Source of the DNA: Octopus vulgaris
Taxonomy: Eukaryota
Direction: 5' to 3'
Assembly: GCA_951406725.2 (NCBI GenBank)
Contig: OX597828.1
Location: 63,860,001 to 63,924,000 of the forward strand
Length of the DNA: 64,000 bases
The first letter of the stretch is position 1, and every line of letters begins with the position of its first letter. Of the stretch, positions 28,461-42,467 are shown piece by piece. The notes beneath the pieces are model-generated. The model ran no database searches and had not been told where the DNA came from. It saw nothing but the letters and a program-made list of their open reading frames with translations. Made by a program: the position numbers and the translations under genes.

Positions 28461-30399
28461 AAATTGGAAACTTTAAAAACTCCATTTCTTCCGACAAGAA
28501 ATGCGCGCGCGCGCGCGTGTGTGTGAGAGAGAGAGTGCGTATGTGGATCTGTGTGTGCGTGTGTGTGTGTACATATGTATATATGTATATCAGCACACTT
28601 GTAGCCGCGTGGCCAACCAAAACCTCGTGAGTGGATTTGGTACCCCCGCGCGCACACGCACCCCACACAGCGTTTATGTATGTATGTATGTATGTATCTA
28701 TCTATCTATCTATATCCATCTGTCTGTCTGCTTGATTGCCTGACTATATACGCACACACACACACACACACACACAGACACACAAACACACACATTCACC
28801 TACTTATGATGTGTGTATATACATGTATGTATGTGCATACACCTGACTGCATACATATGTATGTGTGTATGCATGTATATGTGCATGTGTATATTATCGC
28901 CTTTGTCTGTCGGACGATGGAAGGACGAAGCAGTGACCCCTTTGGCAGCCGCTGGGACTAGTGGAGGATCGGGAGGGAGGGAGGGCGAAATCCTCAAACT
29001 GCCTGAATGCTGGCAAAATGAGAGGACAGGCAACACTGACCGATAAAAAAATGGGGTTAAATATCGGGAGTTAGAAAAGAGAGAAAAAGTGAAAGAGAAA
29101 AACGGTTGACAACTGAATCGGGAACAGAAACCTTGTTCTCTCGTCTGAGCTATAACAAGAGTTATTTCCCTTGAGCATCGCTCGAGATTATTTCCCATAC
29201 ATTCTGCAAAATTTCGTTCAGTTTCTCGATTCCAAAACCAAAAAAGACAAAAGACGCGACTGACGCCACAAGATCAGGAGTCTGCACAGGCAAAGAATAC
29301 CGAACATCTTGTAGGAATCCTTTGATTCTCTATTATTACTGTATAACATTACTAAATTCTCCCCGAGTTATTTAATGACCAACAAAATACTTTTCTAATA
29401 CACACAAACGCACGCACGCGCGTATAGTCAATTAAACTAAGCGAACAATAAAAAATTAACAACAACAAACAACAAGAGGATATGCACAAGGCAAGGAATT
29501 AGTTTGTCGTTCAGTGAAAAGGGAGGGTTTTTGATGTTTCGAGCATAACCCTTCGTCGGAAAGGAAAAAGGGAAAAGTCTGAAGAAGAAGAAACAATCGC
29601 CAACAGCACGTGTGTGCAATTACATTGCTGAAGTGAGCGGACAATATATATCCGAGTGGGACCCGTTGAAATTCTACAGAATGGAAAAAATTAAGAGGAC
29701 CCATTTAAGGAAGAAAGGATGATCTGCATTTTCTTAGCATTCCTTTAAGCATTCCTCACATTTGTCTACATTCATTTCCTCATGTCTCCGTCGGTGTTGT
29801 CTCTTTTTCCGTTTTTTAAATATTTTCTCGCTGTTCCACTCTGATCCATGCTCTGTATCTGCGCTTCTCTTCTCGGGCAGCTTGCCACCGTGTTTCTTGT
29901 GAATCGAGAGTTTAGACTAAATTAACCTTTATTAACAAATATCAATTATTTTAAGTGCGCAAACGATAAATAATTGCACTTCTGCATATATGATGGTCAC
30001 TATAAAAACTACTTCAATAACAAAAAAGAAAAAAATACTTTTCACCACCGCCGCCATCACCATCTCAATATAACTACCTCCCCTTATCTATCTCACTCTA
30101 TCCACCTTCCCCTTCAGTTAACTTTCTAACCACGCATTACATAGTCTTTCTCCCACTACACCAAACGCCGTTAACACTTCTCTCTCCCTCTTTTTCTCTC
30201 GCTCTTCGCATCTACCTTCAGTTGACCACGTGACCATTTGACTTAAGTGCATTAATATTAAACCATTTCTTCCTCTCTCTCCTCCTCTCTCTCTCTCTCC
30301 CTTTCTCTCTCACTCATTGTACCTCTCACACACTCCACCTTCACCTCTCTAATGTATAACGGGCGAACGAACAAGAAAATTAGTATACAAATACATATT

Positions 30400-30753
30400 C
30401 TTTCTTTTATTCTTTTACCTGTTTCAGTCATTAGGCTGCGGCCATGCTGGAGCATCGATTTGAAAGATTTTTGTCGAACAAATCGTCCCCAGGACAAATT
30501 TTGTTTTTTTGAAACTTGATACTTCTTCTATCGGCCGTTTTTTGCCGAACCTTTAAGGTACGTGGACGTAAACACACCAACACCCCACAGACGACGGGTT
30601 TTCTTTCAGCTTCCGTCTACCAAATCGACTCAAAAGGCTTTGGTCTGCCCGAGGCTATAGTGCAAGACACTTGCCCAAGGTCCCACGCAGTGGGACTGAA
30701 CCCAGAGCCATGTGGTTGGAGCAAGCTTCTTACCACGCAGCCACTCCTGCGCC
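30400..30753 (-). mobile_element. tRNA-derived SINE (family 1)
   Basis: Reverse complement of the family-1 head and tail. Further minus-strand copies are at about 31305-31745, 37705-38089 and 48420-48833, with partials at about 11010-11140 and 26467-26604. Confidence 0.85.
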
Positions 30754-30763
30754 TACATAATTA

Positions 30764-30799
<36 letters not shown>

Positions 30800-31576
30800 T
30801 TTCGTTACATTTAGATCGATAAAATAACCCTTGAAGCCTCAACTATGTCCTCGATCCCTTCTCTTCATTCGTGTAATATCCACATTTCCTTATTCAGATT
30901 ACGACCAGCGACCCCCCCACCCCTTTGCCCACTTTGGTCCCCTTCCATTCTCCTGGAACTCCCTCCTCCACCAACGCCTCATACCTGTATTCTTTCTTCT
31001 CTTGCATCTTCTGCAGAAAGCCGTTAAAGCGTTTCAGTGTATATTCTTTGGTAAATTTAGAAATATCAGACGGAAATCTTAAGAAGCCTTCTTGTATTTT
31101 GGTAGTGGTAGTAGTAATAGTAGTAGTAGCATTTCGTTTCCTTATATAAATTTTGTATAGAAATCAAAGGCTTACTGAGAGTTATTGCCCTTGGATCACA
31201 GAGTTTGTAAAGATCTATGTCACAGTTGTGTCCCCTGAACTTTTTTTATTTATGTTAAATTTTCTCGCTCCACGTACGTGTGTTTGTCTGCGTATGTGTA
31301 CATTATCTTTTATCTTTTGTTTGTTTCCGACATTTGAATGCGGCCATTCTGGGGCAGCGCCTCGAGGAGTTCCTGTCCAACAAATCGGCCCCAGGACTTT
31401 TTTTTAAAGCTTGGTACTTATTCTTGCAGTCTTTTTTGCCCAACGGTTAACTTGCGGAGTTACGAGAACACCGGTCGTCAAGAGTACACACACGCATACA
31501 TACATACATACATACATACATACATACATACATACATACATACATACATACATGCATACATACATACATACATACA

Positions 31577-31607
<31 letters not shown>

Positions 31608-31915
31608 GTATAAATGTATATATTCACGACGAGCTTTCGGTTTCCGTCAACAAAATCCATTAACAGGATTTTGGTCGACCCGGGGAAAAACTTACCCCAG
31701 GTACAACGCAGTGGGACAGAACCTGGTACCAGTTGGCTTGGAGGCAATACACAGACATACATACGCACAGTCATATAATGCTTTATCATACATACATACA
31801 TACATACATATCGATAGGTGTATATGTGTGCGTGCTTGCACACACACACATATACACACTCCACACACGCATGCATGCATATATACATACAAACATACAT
31901 AATACATACATACGC

Positions 31916-32013
<98 letters not shown>

Positions 32014-34020
32014 AACCTCCATCTGATGCGCTACATCATAGACAGAGTAGTTAAGGAACCTGGCATGGGTGGGGCCCTGATCAATTTGGATCAATCGAAA
32101 GCCTTCGATAGGGTAGACTATCGATACTTTGAGGCAGTCCTCAGAGCGGCTGGTTTCGGTCCCGTTTTCCGCGGCTGGATAGCTGCCTTGTACAGAGGCA
32201 TCCGTTCGGTAGTTCGCGTAAATGGACATCTATCGAGACCTTTCGACATTGTACGTTCGGTCCGTCAGGTTTTCCCCCTCTCATCGCTTCTATACGTATT
32301 GACTCTCGAGCCACTACTGCGGAAGCTGGCGACTCTGAGGGGCATCCCGCGAGAATTGGGATGCGGGACAAGCGTGTCTGCATACGCGGACGACGTCACC
32401 GTCATAGTGTCAAGCCACGAGCACATCGAGCTGGTCGGCGAGACACTGAAAGACTACGTAGCGGTGACAGGAGCAAAAATCAACCGGGAAAAGTCAGTGG
32501 GCTTGCGGCTCGGCACCTGGAGAAGCAAGCCCATGCCGTCAACCAGTACCTCAGTCGTGGGACGCTGGACAGACGGCCCGGTTGAGTTGCTCGGGGTCTG
32601 GTTCGGTCCGGACCTCCAAATGGAGAAGAACTGGAAGGAGATAACGAGTAGGGTGGTCACTCTCGCCCGGCAATGGGCCGAGAGGAAACTGTCCCTAAAA
32701 GGTCGGGTGGAGGTGGCGAACACATACATCGCGTCCATCATCTACTACCGCCTGACCGTCGTACCTTGTCCCGACCCTACCATCACCAAACTAGAACGCA
32801 TCCTCTTCCGCTTCTTGTGGAAGGGATGCGTCCCGATGGTCAGGCGATCCATTTGCTGTGAACACCCGTTAAAAGGAGGGCTGGGCATGCCGTGGTTGAT
32901 GATGCGCAGACACGCGCTGAGACTGCGACATCTCCGGCTCTATGTAGACGACGGTGAACAGGTGTGGTCGCCGTTTGTGAGGCACGCATTCCCGCAGCTC
33001 GTCTCCATGACCGAACTGCAGTCGTGGATCAAACCGGGTCGACCTTGAGTGACTTCAACACAACCAAAGCATTCTATAGGGGATTAGTGGAGGGGAGGTA
33101 CGACGACGATCTTGGGGCAAACCTGGGCGTCGACGAGGAATACCTGACTCGCCTGTTTGAAACGACATTCGGGCCGGGACCTATGGACAACTTCCAGAGA
33201 ACCCTGGCCTGGCAGTGCTACCGAGAAGCGCTACCCGTTCGGGATAAGCTCTATAGGCATGGCTCGAGAAACACGGGGCCGACCTGCCCGAGATGCGGGC
33301 AGAGCGATGAAACCGTTCTGCACGCAATCGTGCAGTGTCCAACAATCTCCGACCTGTGGGCTTATGTCGAACGACTGCTGTCACGTGTGGGACGTGTCGG
33401 TTTATCAGCCGAGTCTATCGTTAATATCGTCACGCCTCCTTCCTTCAAACGGGAAGGAAGAGCTATTTTTATCATACTTATTGCTATGGCGAAAGAATGT
33501 ATCTGGTGGACGCGCCTGAAAGGATTAGAGACAAACACTTTCCTCTCTGGTCAATCTCTCATCAACTTCTTCAAGTATCACTTGAAGAGGAAAGTGAGAG
33601 TAGAGAGGCAAGTTTTGTTTAGTGAATGTTTTAAAAAAAGATGGGTGAATGTAGCAAGGATGGCACGTATGAATGACGAAGCCACCTTGACTATGATCCT
33701 ATGAACCGTAACAATTAATACAGAGAGTTGCTTATTTGTAAAAAAAAAAAAACAACATGTGATTTCATTGACCGAGGTTACCGTGGTCTTTTCCGTAGGC
33801 TTTTCTTTCCACGCGTAAACCTCACCTGTCCTCCCCTTTACACTTTATATTGACATTTCTGTGATAACGATCCCTATTGATCAATTTTTTTCCTTTCCCT
33901 TTTGTCCTCTTTCTTTCCTTTTGATCGAAAACCAAACCCCCTTTTTTACCCCCAAAAGAAAAGCTCTACCTTGTAATTTGTCCTGTCTGTGTGCAGCCCT
34001 GTGTGGCTAATAAAGAAACA
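32014..34020 (+). mobile_element. 5'-truncated Tx1/L1-clade LINE related to the 544-6080 element, inserted in (TATC)n
   Basis: RT and C-terminal region align with 3959-5701 (LDQSKAFDRV, YADD, CPRC..HAIVQC). There is an internal deletion and frameshift near 33033. (TATC)n lies at 31916-32012 and from 34021. Confidence 0.95.
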
Positions 34021-34092
<72 letters not shown>

Positions 34093-34139
34093 CATCCATC
34101 CATCCATCCATCCATCCATCCATCCATCCATCCATCCAT

Positions 34140-34170
<31 letters not shown>

Positions 34171-34777
34171 TCCTATCCTGCTGACAACGATATAATTATT
34201 GTCCCTGTACAATGTAGAACAATTCTTCGTTGAGGGTGGAAGCTTAAACTTGTGTAGAGATGGAGTTCGTTCTTAAGCTGAAGGAAGGGTCGCCGTGTTT
34301 GGGGGCATTCAGGTGGTGTATAAAATATGGGTGACTGAAGGTGAAAGACTTGTCAGTGAAGAATATGGCAATACATTCTTCACCGACGTGATCAGTCATC
34401 TGGGACTGCTTGATCACGTGCTACTCTTGAATGGCAGCTATTGTAGTAACCATAGAAAAAAAGCAGAGACAGGAGACAGTATGTCTGTGAGTGAGAGGTT
34501 GGTGTGCGCGACTGGCTGATTCCATGCCAACCAGAGAGATGGCTAATCTGGTCTTGGATGCTATGAGATTTGTTTGTTTTCCAAACGTAGCACAAGGTCA
34601 CTTTGTGGTTCACATCTAAACTGATGGTGGCTAAGGAGGACATTCAGTCTTTATGAAGTTGTATTTGCTACGCTGAGAACCTGTGTTCGCCAGATCTGTC
34701 TTAGCATTTCTGGTGAGATTTAAGATTGCAGAACCTTCAGTATTCGTAGTTAGGGGTGGCAACTTACGAAAATGTCA

Positions 34778-35164
34778 GTGGCTGTGTGGTAAGTAGCTTG
34801 CTAACCAACCACATGGTTCCGGGTTCAGTCCCACTGCGTGGCATCTTGGGCAAGTGTCTTCTGCTATAGCCCCGGGCCGACCAATGCCTTGTGAAACTGA
34901 AAGAAGCCTGTCGTATATATGTATATATGTGTATGTGTGTGTGTTTGTGTGTGTGTGTGTTTGTCCTCTTAGCATTGCTTGACAACCGATGCTGGTGTGC
35001 TTACGTCCCCGTCACTTAGCGGTTCGGCAAAAGGGACTGATAGAATAAGTACTGGGCTTACAAAGAATAAGTCCCGGGGTCGATTTGCTCGACTAAAGGC
35101 GGTGCTCCAGCATGGCCGCAGTCAAATGACTGAAACAAGTAAAAGAGTAAAAGAGTAAAAGAGT
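34778..35164 (+). mobile_element. tRNA-derived SINE (family 1)
   Basis: A box tggctgtgtgg, B box ggttcagtccc, (gtaaaaga)3 tail. Another plus-strand copy is at about 50192-50670. Confidence 0.9.
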
Positions 35165-35530
35165 ATGTATTGTGGTTGTGTCTTTGTGCAGAATATTGAT
35201 GTGACACCATTATGAGATTCTACTGAGGTTCATCTTCATAGAGTCAACAACTTACGTGTGTGTGTGTGTATAAATATTTATATATATATATATATATATA
35301 AAGCTGCATTTTGGATGGATCATACTGTTAATGAAACCACACGCACTGGTTATGGTTTACTTCAGTTTAACCAACTAGATAATTAATCAATAAGTCAATT
35401 GGTTGATTGATGATTGCCTGAAAGCTCTTTCGTCACAGTTTGTGACATCAACGACAATATGCCCTTCAAGAATCTCTTGCATGTTTTCTTTTCACCTGTC
35501 AATCTCTCTGTTTCTCCACCCCATCTCTCA

Positions 35531-35624
<94 letters not shown>

Positions 35625-35785
35625 AGACACAGACACAGACACACACACACATATATATATATATATATGTCTTGTTTTCCATTTGTGTGTGCCTTTCGTT
35701 GTTCGGAAAAATAGTTCATATTCCATTTACTCGTACTTCGTATATTTTGTTGTACACGTTTCATGACGTCCTGTGCCCATATATG

Positions 35786-35852
<67 letters not shown>

Positions 35853-36406
35853 GTCTAATTTCGTCATATTTGGCATTAGATTTTTTCTTTTGCCCTTATT
35901 TTACAAGTTATTTATAAATTTAACCTTTAAAAGTATTTTTTAATATGCTAGCCATTGATAAAATTTTTTTTCGAAAAACTTTTATCCTACATTAGATATA
36001 TATACATATATATGTATATGCACAACGAAAATTTTAATTTTGGACATGCATTTACCAAAGGTTTCGTATCCACAAAAGTGTTATTCTTTTGCGATACGTT
36101 TTATTGACTATATATATATATATATAATATTGTATTTTGGAAGGATTATACTGTCAATAAAAAACACACGCACTGGTTATGGTTTACTTCAGTTTTATTA
36201 CCAATCAATTAGATGATTAATCAATAAGTCAATTGGTTGATTGATGAATGTCTGAAAGTTCTTTCGTCACAGTATGTGACATTCCAATGACAATATGCCA
36301 TTCAAGAATATCTCTCCTCTTAGAACTTATTGCATGTTTTCTGCTCATTTCTCTACCCCATCTCTCAATACATACATACGTATGTATATGCATATATGTG
36401 TGTGTG

Positions 36407-36451
<45 letters not shown>

Positions 36452-36622
36452 GTGTGTGTGTTTTGAGTATGTGCGTTGTGTGTATATATATGTATATATG
36501 GTATATGTGTTTGTATATACGTATATATGTTTATAATCTACGTTTGTTGTGAGTGAATGCGCTGTGTATGAGTGCATGTGTGTATGAGAAAGAGAGAGAG
36601 AGAGAGAGAGAGTGTGTGTGCG

Positions 36623-36693
<71 letters not shown>

Positions 36694-37882
36694 TATGTAT
36701 GTATGTATGTATATATTTGCATATGCCTGTATGCATCTTCATGTGCAAAGAATTGTGAGACTGATTCACAAGCGAATTCCAGTGTGACTGTTCGTTAGAA
36801 TTCCTCTCTGTTGCGACGCTCAGTTGGTTCAATCCGTTGCTTCTGGTTCTAAGAACGTTGTATTATTTTTCAAACATTGTATGTTTAATAATTCTTACTG
36901 TTGCTTTTTAAATGTTGCCCATCCTCTGCTCGAGTAACGTTTCTTTACTGAAATGTATTCCATCCCTGACCGTCCAATCTGACGTCAAGGATTCCCTTAT
37001 CTAGTATGTCCTCTCTTCATTAAGATACAAGAGTGTGATTTTAGTGTGAATTGGCTACTGTTCAGAGCACATCGAGTGAAGGCAAAGAGTCTCCCTCATT
37101 GGGTCATAAAATCAACTTCGATTATATCTAAACACAGAACAGGAAAAAAGTTGTTACTAAATGGCACAACGTGCCGCGTTCAGTTCTCTGCCGAATCTGC
37201 TCTCATGTATCTATTTTATTGATTCTTAATTGAGAAACAAAGCCACGGGTAACAGAAAGGACGATTATATGTACTCCAACTCCACTGTTTTACGGATGCT
37301 TTATTTTATTGACCATGAGAAGATACAAGGTCACGTTACTCTCGCCAGAATTCGAATCCTGTTTGTAAATGTATGAAAATAACTAAGATGAAGTTTACTG
37401 CAAGTCACTCTACGGATATTTTCCACTCTGTTTATTGACACCATGTATGGCGATAGGAGGATGCAATAGGGACAGTTCCAACAATGTTTTGCGATTTAGT
37501 GTTCAAACTGCACTGAAGTCGAATTAGCATTTTGTTGTCCCGGGTTTCATAAACTAAAATAAAAGTCAAATATTGGGATTATCTATCTGAATGTGCTTGT
37601 GTGTATGTATACGAGGAACTGGCTAAACCTCGGGGAAACACCAGTATAATATGCCATTGGACATATATATATACATACGTGTGCGTGTATATATATATAC
37701 ACAATCTTTTGCTTGTTTCAGCCATTAGACTGCAGCCATGCTGGAGAAGCACCCCGAAGAGTTTTTAGTGGAATGGAGCTACTCCAGTACTTAAGCCTGG
37801 TGCTTATTCTATCCGTCTCTTTTTGCCTCTAAGTTATGGGGACGTAAACATACCAAGCACTGGTTGTCAAACATTGGTGGGC

Positions 37883-37925
<43 letters not shown>

Positions 37926-38088
37926 GTCTGTTTGTATACTATGGGCTTTTTCAGTTCTGTTTTCCAAATCCACTGACAGTCCTTTGCTTGGCCCGAGAAG
38001 ACACTTGTCCAAGGTTCGATACAAAGAGACTGAACCTGGGACCATGTACTTGGGAAGCAAGCTTCTTGTGACATAGCCACGCCAGCGC

Positions 38089-38125
<37 letters not shown>

Positions 38126-38399
38126 GAAAGGGAGAGAGAGAGAGGGGGGAGTGAGAGAGTTACAAATATGTCATATCATTGACACAAAAATAGGTTCAAA
38201 CCCAAACAGTAACCTGAAGTTGGGAGTAATTAAGATGGACCCAGAGCCTGACTGATACTTTACTTCATCGACTCTGGAGAGATTCAAGGCAAAAGTGACA
38301 TCTACGGAATTCGAACTTGTTACGTTAAAGAGTCAATGTCTCTGACGATCTAACGATTCTTCAACAGTATGAAACTTATCTCATTAATAATAACTGCAT

Positions 38400-39010
38400 G
38401 TTTGTACATTCCTCGTCGCTGCTTCTGGTCGCGACAATATTTCTGTCCTTACACTTGAAGTAAGGTATGTGCCGAGTAAATCGTATCTCATGATGTCTTC
38501 TGTTAACACTGTATGTGTTAATGTGATGAAATCTACACTTTTTGCTACATCACTACATACTAATACCACCCCCACTTAGGTATCGTACATTGGGGCAGAC
38601 AACTTTATCCATTTCTGTCGATATATTGAAGTTATTAGCATTTCCGTGTATCTGACTACGAATGAAGATTTTGTAACCCATATTATATACGTTCTTTTTA
38701 TAGTATCTACATTAAGGATCTTAAATTAGCTGTGGATTCTTACTTTTTTGTTTGTAGCTACGTTTATACTGTAAGGTTGATTGTACCAGATAATGTTTTG
38801 TCTTCTGGGATATTTTTCTGTGTAGGATGCTCGATGCACGTCCTTTACTGTTTCACTAAATCCATTTCATAGTTATACTGAAGCCGCATAAAGATAGCTT
38901 TAATGATCGGTTTCATATCATTCTAAATGTATGTATATATGCTTTATTTTTTAGATTCGGTTATCGATTCGCCTCGTTTGTTTTAGATGTTATGTCTATG
39001 TATGGTAACA
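38400..39010 (-). mobile_element. Degenerate Penelope-like fragment
   Basis: Minus strand encodes SYTEKYPRRQNIIWYNQPYSINVATN near 38755-38830. Confidence 0.6.
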
Positions 39011-39334
39011 AAAGCAAAGAGTGAAACATCATGTTTGAAGCGGCATTTATGTTGACTACAACATAGAAATTCTGAGCAGCTACAGAGCGACTCAACTGAT
39101 TTCTACTCTCTCTCTCTCTCGCTCGCTCGCTCTCTCTCTCTCACACACACTATAATGTCATAAAACTTCATGCTGTTGTCAGTAGGGAAAACGTTAATCG
39201 ATTTTCAGGTTTTGTATACAACTTTGAATATTGTTATTATTACATTAATAGTTATATCAGTGTTGTTTTCTTCATCATACCTAGAAACAATGTTTTTATT
39301 GTGGGTTATGGCATGCATTTCAAGATGTCCAGCA

Positions 39335-39412
<78 letters not shown>

Positions 39413-39499
39413 GAAATATTGGTGTTATGTTTGTTATGTAAGATCTCGTTTCACAAGTTTTCGGTTCAGGTTCATTTACATTCGTATAGTTTTGTTTCC

Positions 39500-39760
39500 A
39501 ACCGGAAGCAAGGTTAAATCCCGGTTATATAACCACATTCACTCCTTTAAATACAAATGAAATACGTCGTTGGCCCAGTTCATCTTGGGGCTCAAAGGTA
39601 GGAATAAAGACAGCTCCATTTCGTATTCTATTGTGGGCACTGCTCTTCCTTATTGATGGGGTGCTGGAAGTTGCAATTTTTGCTCGGTGAAGGCGTTTGA
39701 ATGGTCAAGTGTAAATCCAATCTAATTAACCAACATAACGAGTTATTAAATCGATGTTCT
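39500..39760 (+). mobile_element. Degenerate Penelope GIY-YIG C-terminal fragment
   Basis: KSRLYNHIHSFKYK*NTSLAQFILGLK...SYSIVGTALPY*WGAGSCNFC matches the R..NH..SF...T.LS..IW.LK...PY.....C.LC pattern. Confidence 0.65.
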
Positions 39761-40784
39761 CAACTATTTAAAGAAATATGCTTAAAATTTCCACACAAAA
39801 ATCTCACATAACCTTTTACTTTGGTATAAATACAAGTAATGCCTACGGTTTACTTTGCCTCCTTACTTTACCTTCTATGGTAAGCACTTCTTTGGCAAAC
39901 ACATTTTTCCCATCTGAGTCTTCTAAATCTAATCCTTCACTATTGACACTTGGCGTAATTCAGTTTAATTCTGTTTCATTTCATTTTGCTTCAGTTTAAA
40001 TGTAATAAAACTTGATATTTCTCGAAAGGAATGGAGAAGCAGAAAAGTATCTTGTAAATTCTACATGCTGTCGCTATGTACCCTGTTGACAATTCCCCGC
40101 TCCCTCATCTAGTTACTTCAAATCCATTCCTACCGCAGACTAACCAGCAAATAATGTTGTTAGCTAGTAGTGATCTTCCGTAAGCTATGTTCTCACAGAC
40201 AAACATACTCCAACACTTGATGACAACTTGACCTCCAAGGACTGAGAATGTGACAAGTATAAAAAAAAATCAGGGGAGATAATCTGATGCATGTGTGTTA
40301 ACTGGAGTTTCATTCCCATAAGAACTGATTGTAGAAGGTTCTGAAAAATCTACCGTCATACCTTTCAAGAGAATAGTTGAGGGCTAATTGTTCCATTTAT
40401 CAATTGATTGTGGTTGATTCTGCATGCAAACTATTGCATAGGGTGGAAACAGTTCCTCAGGTCATTCGAAATTTTCGTAAATAAAGTTATGCAAGAATAT
40501 AATTCTTCATTCTTTGATTGCTACAAATATTGATCTGCCTTCCAGTGTGTATGCCAATATGTACATCGAAGACGATGGCAGAATCATTAGCACGTCGGGC
40601 AAATTGCAGAGCGACATTTAGTCCGTTTTCATTTAGTTCTGAGTTCAAATTGCGCCGAGGTAGACATTGGCTTTTATCATTTAGAGGTCCATAAAATATG
40701 TAAAATTTGAACATTGGGGTCAGTGTAATCAACTTAGCCCCACCTCCAAAATTGCTGATCTTGTGCAAAAATTTGAAACCAGTA

Positions 40785-40830
<46 letters not shown>

Positions 40831-40833
<3 letters not shown>

Positions 40834-41007
40834 TTTATTTAAAGCACCAGAAAATTCAACAAAACCTGTTACACTGAGTTTCACGTTCCCGTTCGTCGGA
40901 CAGTTTTTGCTAGATTCTAGATGCTTTAAATAAAGCATATTACTCTACCACTGGTATTTAAGTACTCTTTTTTCCACCTCGTTTCACATTTATGTGTTTA
41001 CTCCGGT
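40831..41007. mobile_element. Penelope-type terminal repeat with partial inversion, embedded in (TA)n
   Basis: The inverted pair ctttatttaaagca / tgctttaaataaag flanks a hammerhead. (TA)n lies on both sides. Confidence 0.7.
40861..40908 (-). ncRNA. Type I hammerhead ribozyme motif (C4 variant, GNRA-capped stem II)
   Basis: Minus strand reads AAAAACTGT-CCGACGA-ACG-GGAA-CGT-GAAA-CTCAGTG-TA-ACAGGTTTT. Confidence 0.7.
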
Positions 41008-41053
41008 ATATATATATATATACACACATATATATAGTTATCTCAATCGTTTG

Positions 41054-41157
<104 letters not shown>

Positions 41158-41533
41158 TTTTTAGCGTTCCATTTATTTCCAGGTTCACCTTTTCTAATCA
41201 CTATTCCTTGCTAATCACTATGCTTCGAACAAAATACTTTTATGTCAAACTAGTTTCTGTTGGACATTTGCTGTTTGGTTGGAACTCATATTCACAACAG
41301 GTGTCTTTCCAAAGGAACATTACGTTAAACTTGCTAATTGTCACGATTAAAATAAAAAAAAGAAAAGAAAATAAAGCAACACGACAAACACAAAAAAAGT
41401 CCGAAAAGATGCGAGCAATTATTATTAATTAAAATAAATCATATTTGAATTAATAGATTAATTTTGGGGTTTAATGCGAACATTAGAAGTTATTGGAATT
41501 GTGATAATACATCTACTGTATCCATTCTCATAT

Positions 41534-41598
<65 letters not shown>

Positions 41599-41840
41599 TG
41601 TATGTATATACACTTGTGTACATATATATATAATATATATGCACAGGTACACAACTGGATTTAAAGAATATTCGAGTTGATTAACCGAATGTTTATGTTA
41701 GGATTAATTTTAAAACATGAAATAGAATTAATCAATAAATTGTAATGAATCGATTTTCCTATAGAAATCAATATCAACTTGAATGTTATGTCAAACTGTT
41801 GATCTTGCCATTTGGGTTACTGTTATTTTAATTAACAAAC

Positions 41841-41841
41841 A

Positions 41842-41912
<71 letters not shown>

Positions 41913-42184
41913 TATTATTATTATTATTATCATCATTGTTATTGCTGTTATTATTATTATTGTTAAAGAAATCGTTATTATTGTTATTATTGGTTGTTGT
42001 TAATACTGTTGCTGTTATCATAATTACAAAATTCACGAACGCCATCTCCGCAATTGGCATCTCATCAATCAACATCATTATGGTCGAAATTAACTTTTGT
42101 TAATTTTGTTATTATTGTTGTCGACGTTATTAACGTCGATATTGTTAATATCATTATTTTTTGTTATTAATGTTGTTGTTGTTG

Positions 42185-42269
<85 letters not shown>

Positions 42270-42312
42270 CATCATCATCATTGTTATTGCTGTTATTATT
42301 ATTATTATTACT
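41841..42312. repeat. (TTA)n/(TAA)n-rich simple repeat region
   Basis: Two long TTA runs with TTG/TCA variants. Confidence 0.95.
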
Positions 42313-42467
42313 ACTTTGCTTCTCGGTCTTGTTTATTCTGGTAGATTCTGCGAGAGCAGATACAATCCTGCTGTCAGAGGTCTCACAGGGAAGAATATTA
42401 TGACCCCGTATTATCAAAGGATTATTATTATGTATATCTTTGTTATTGTTATTGTTATTATTTTAGT

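Noticed and set aside
34200-34760. Possible endonuclease remnant on the minus strand
   Set aside because: Too degenerate to support a call.
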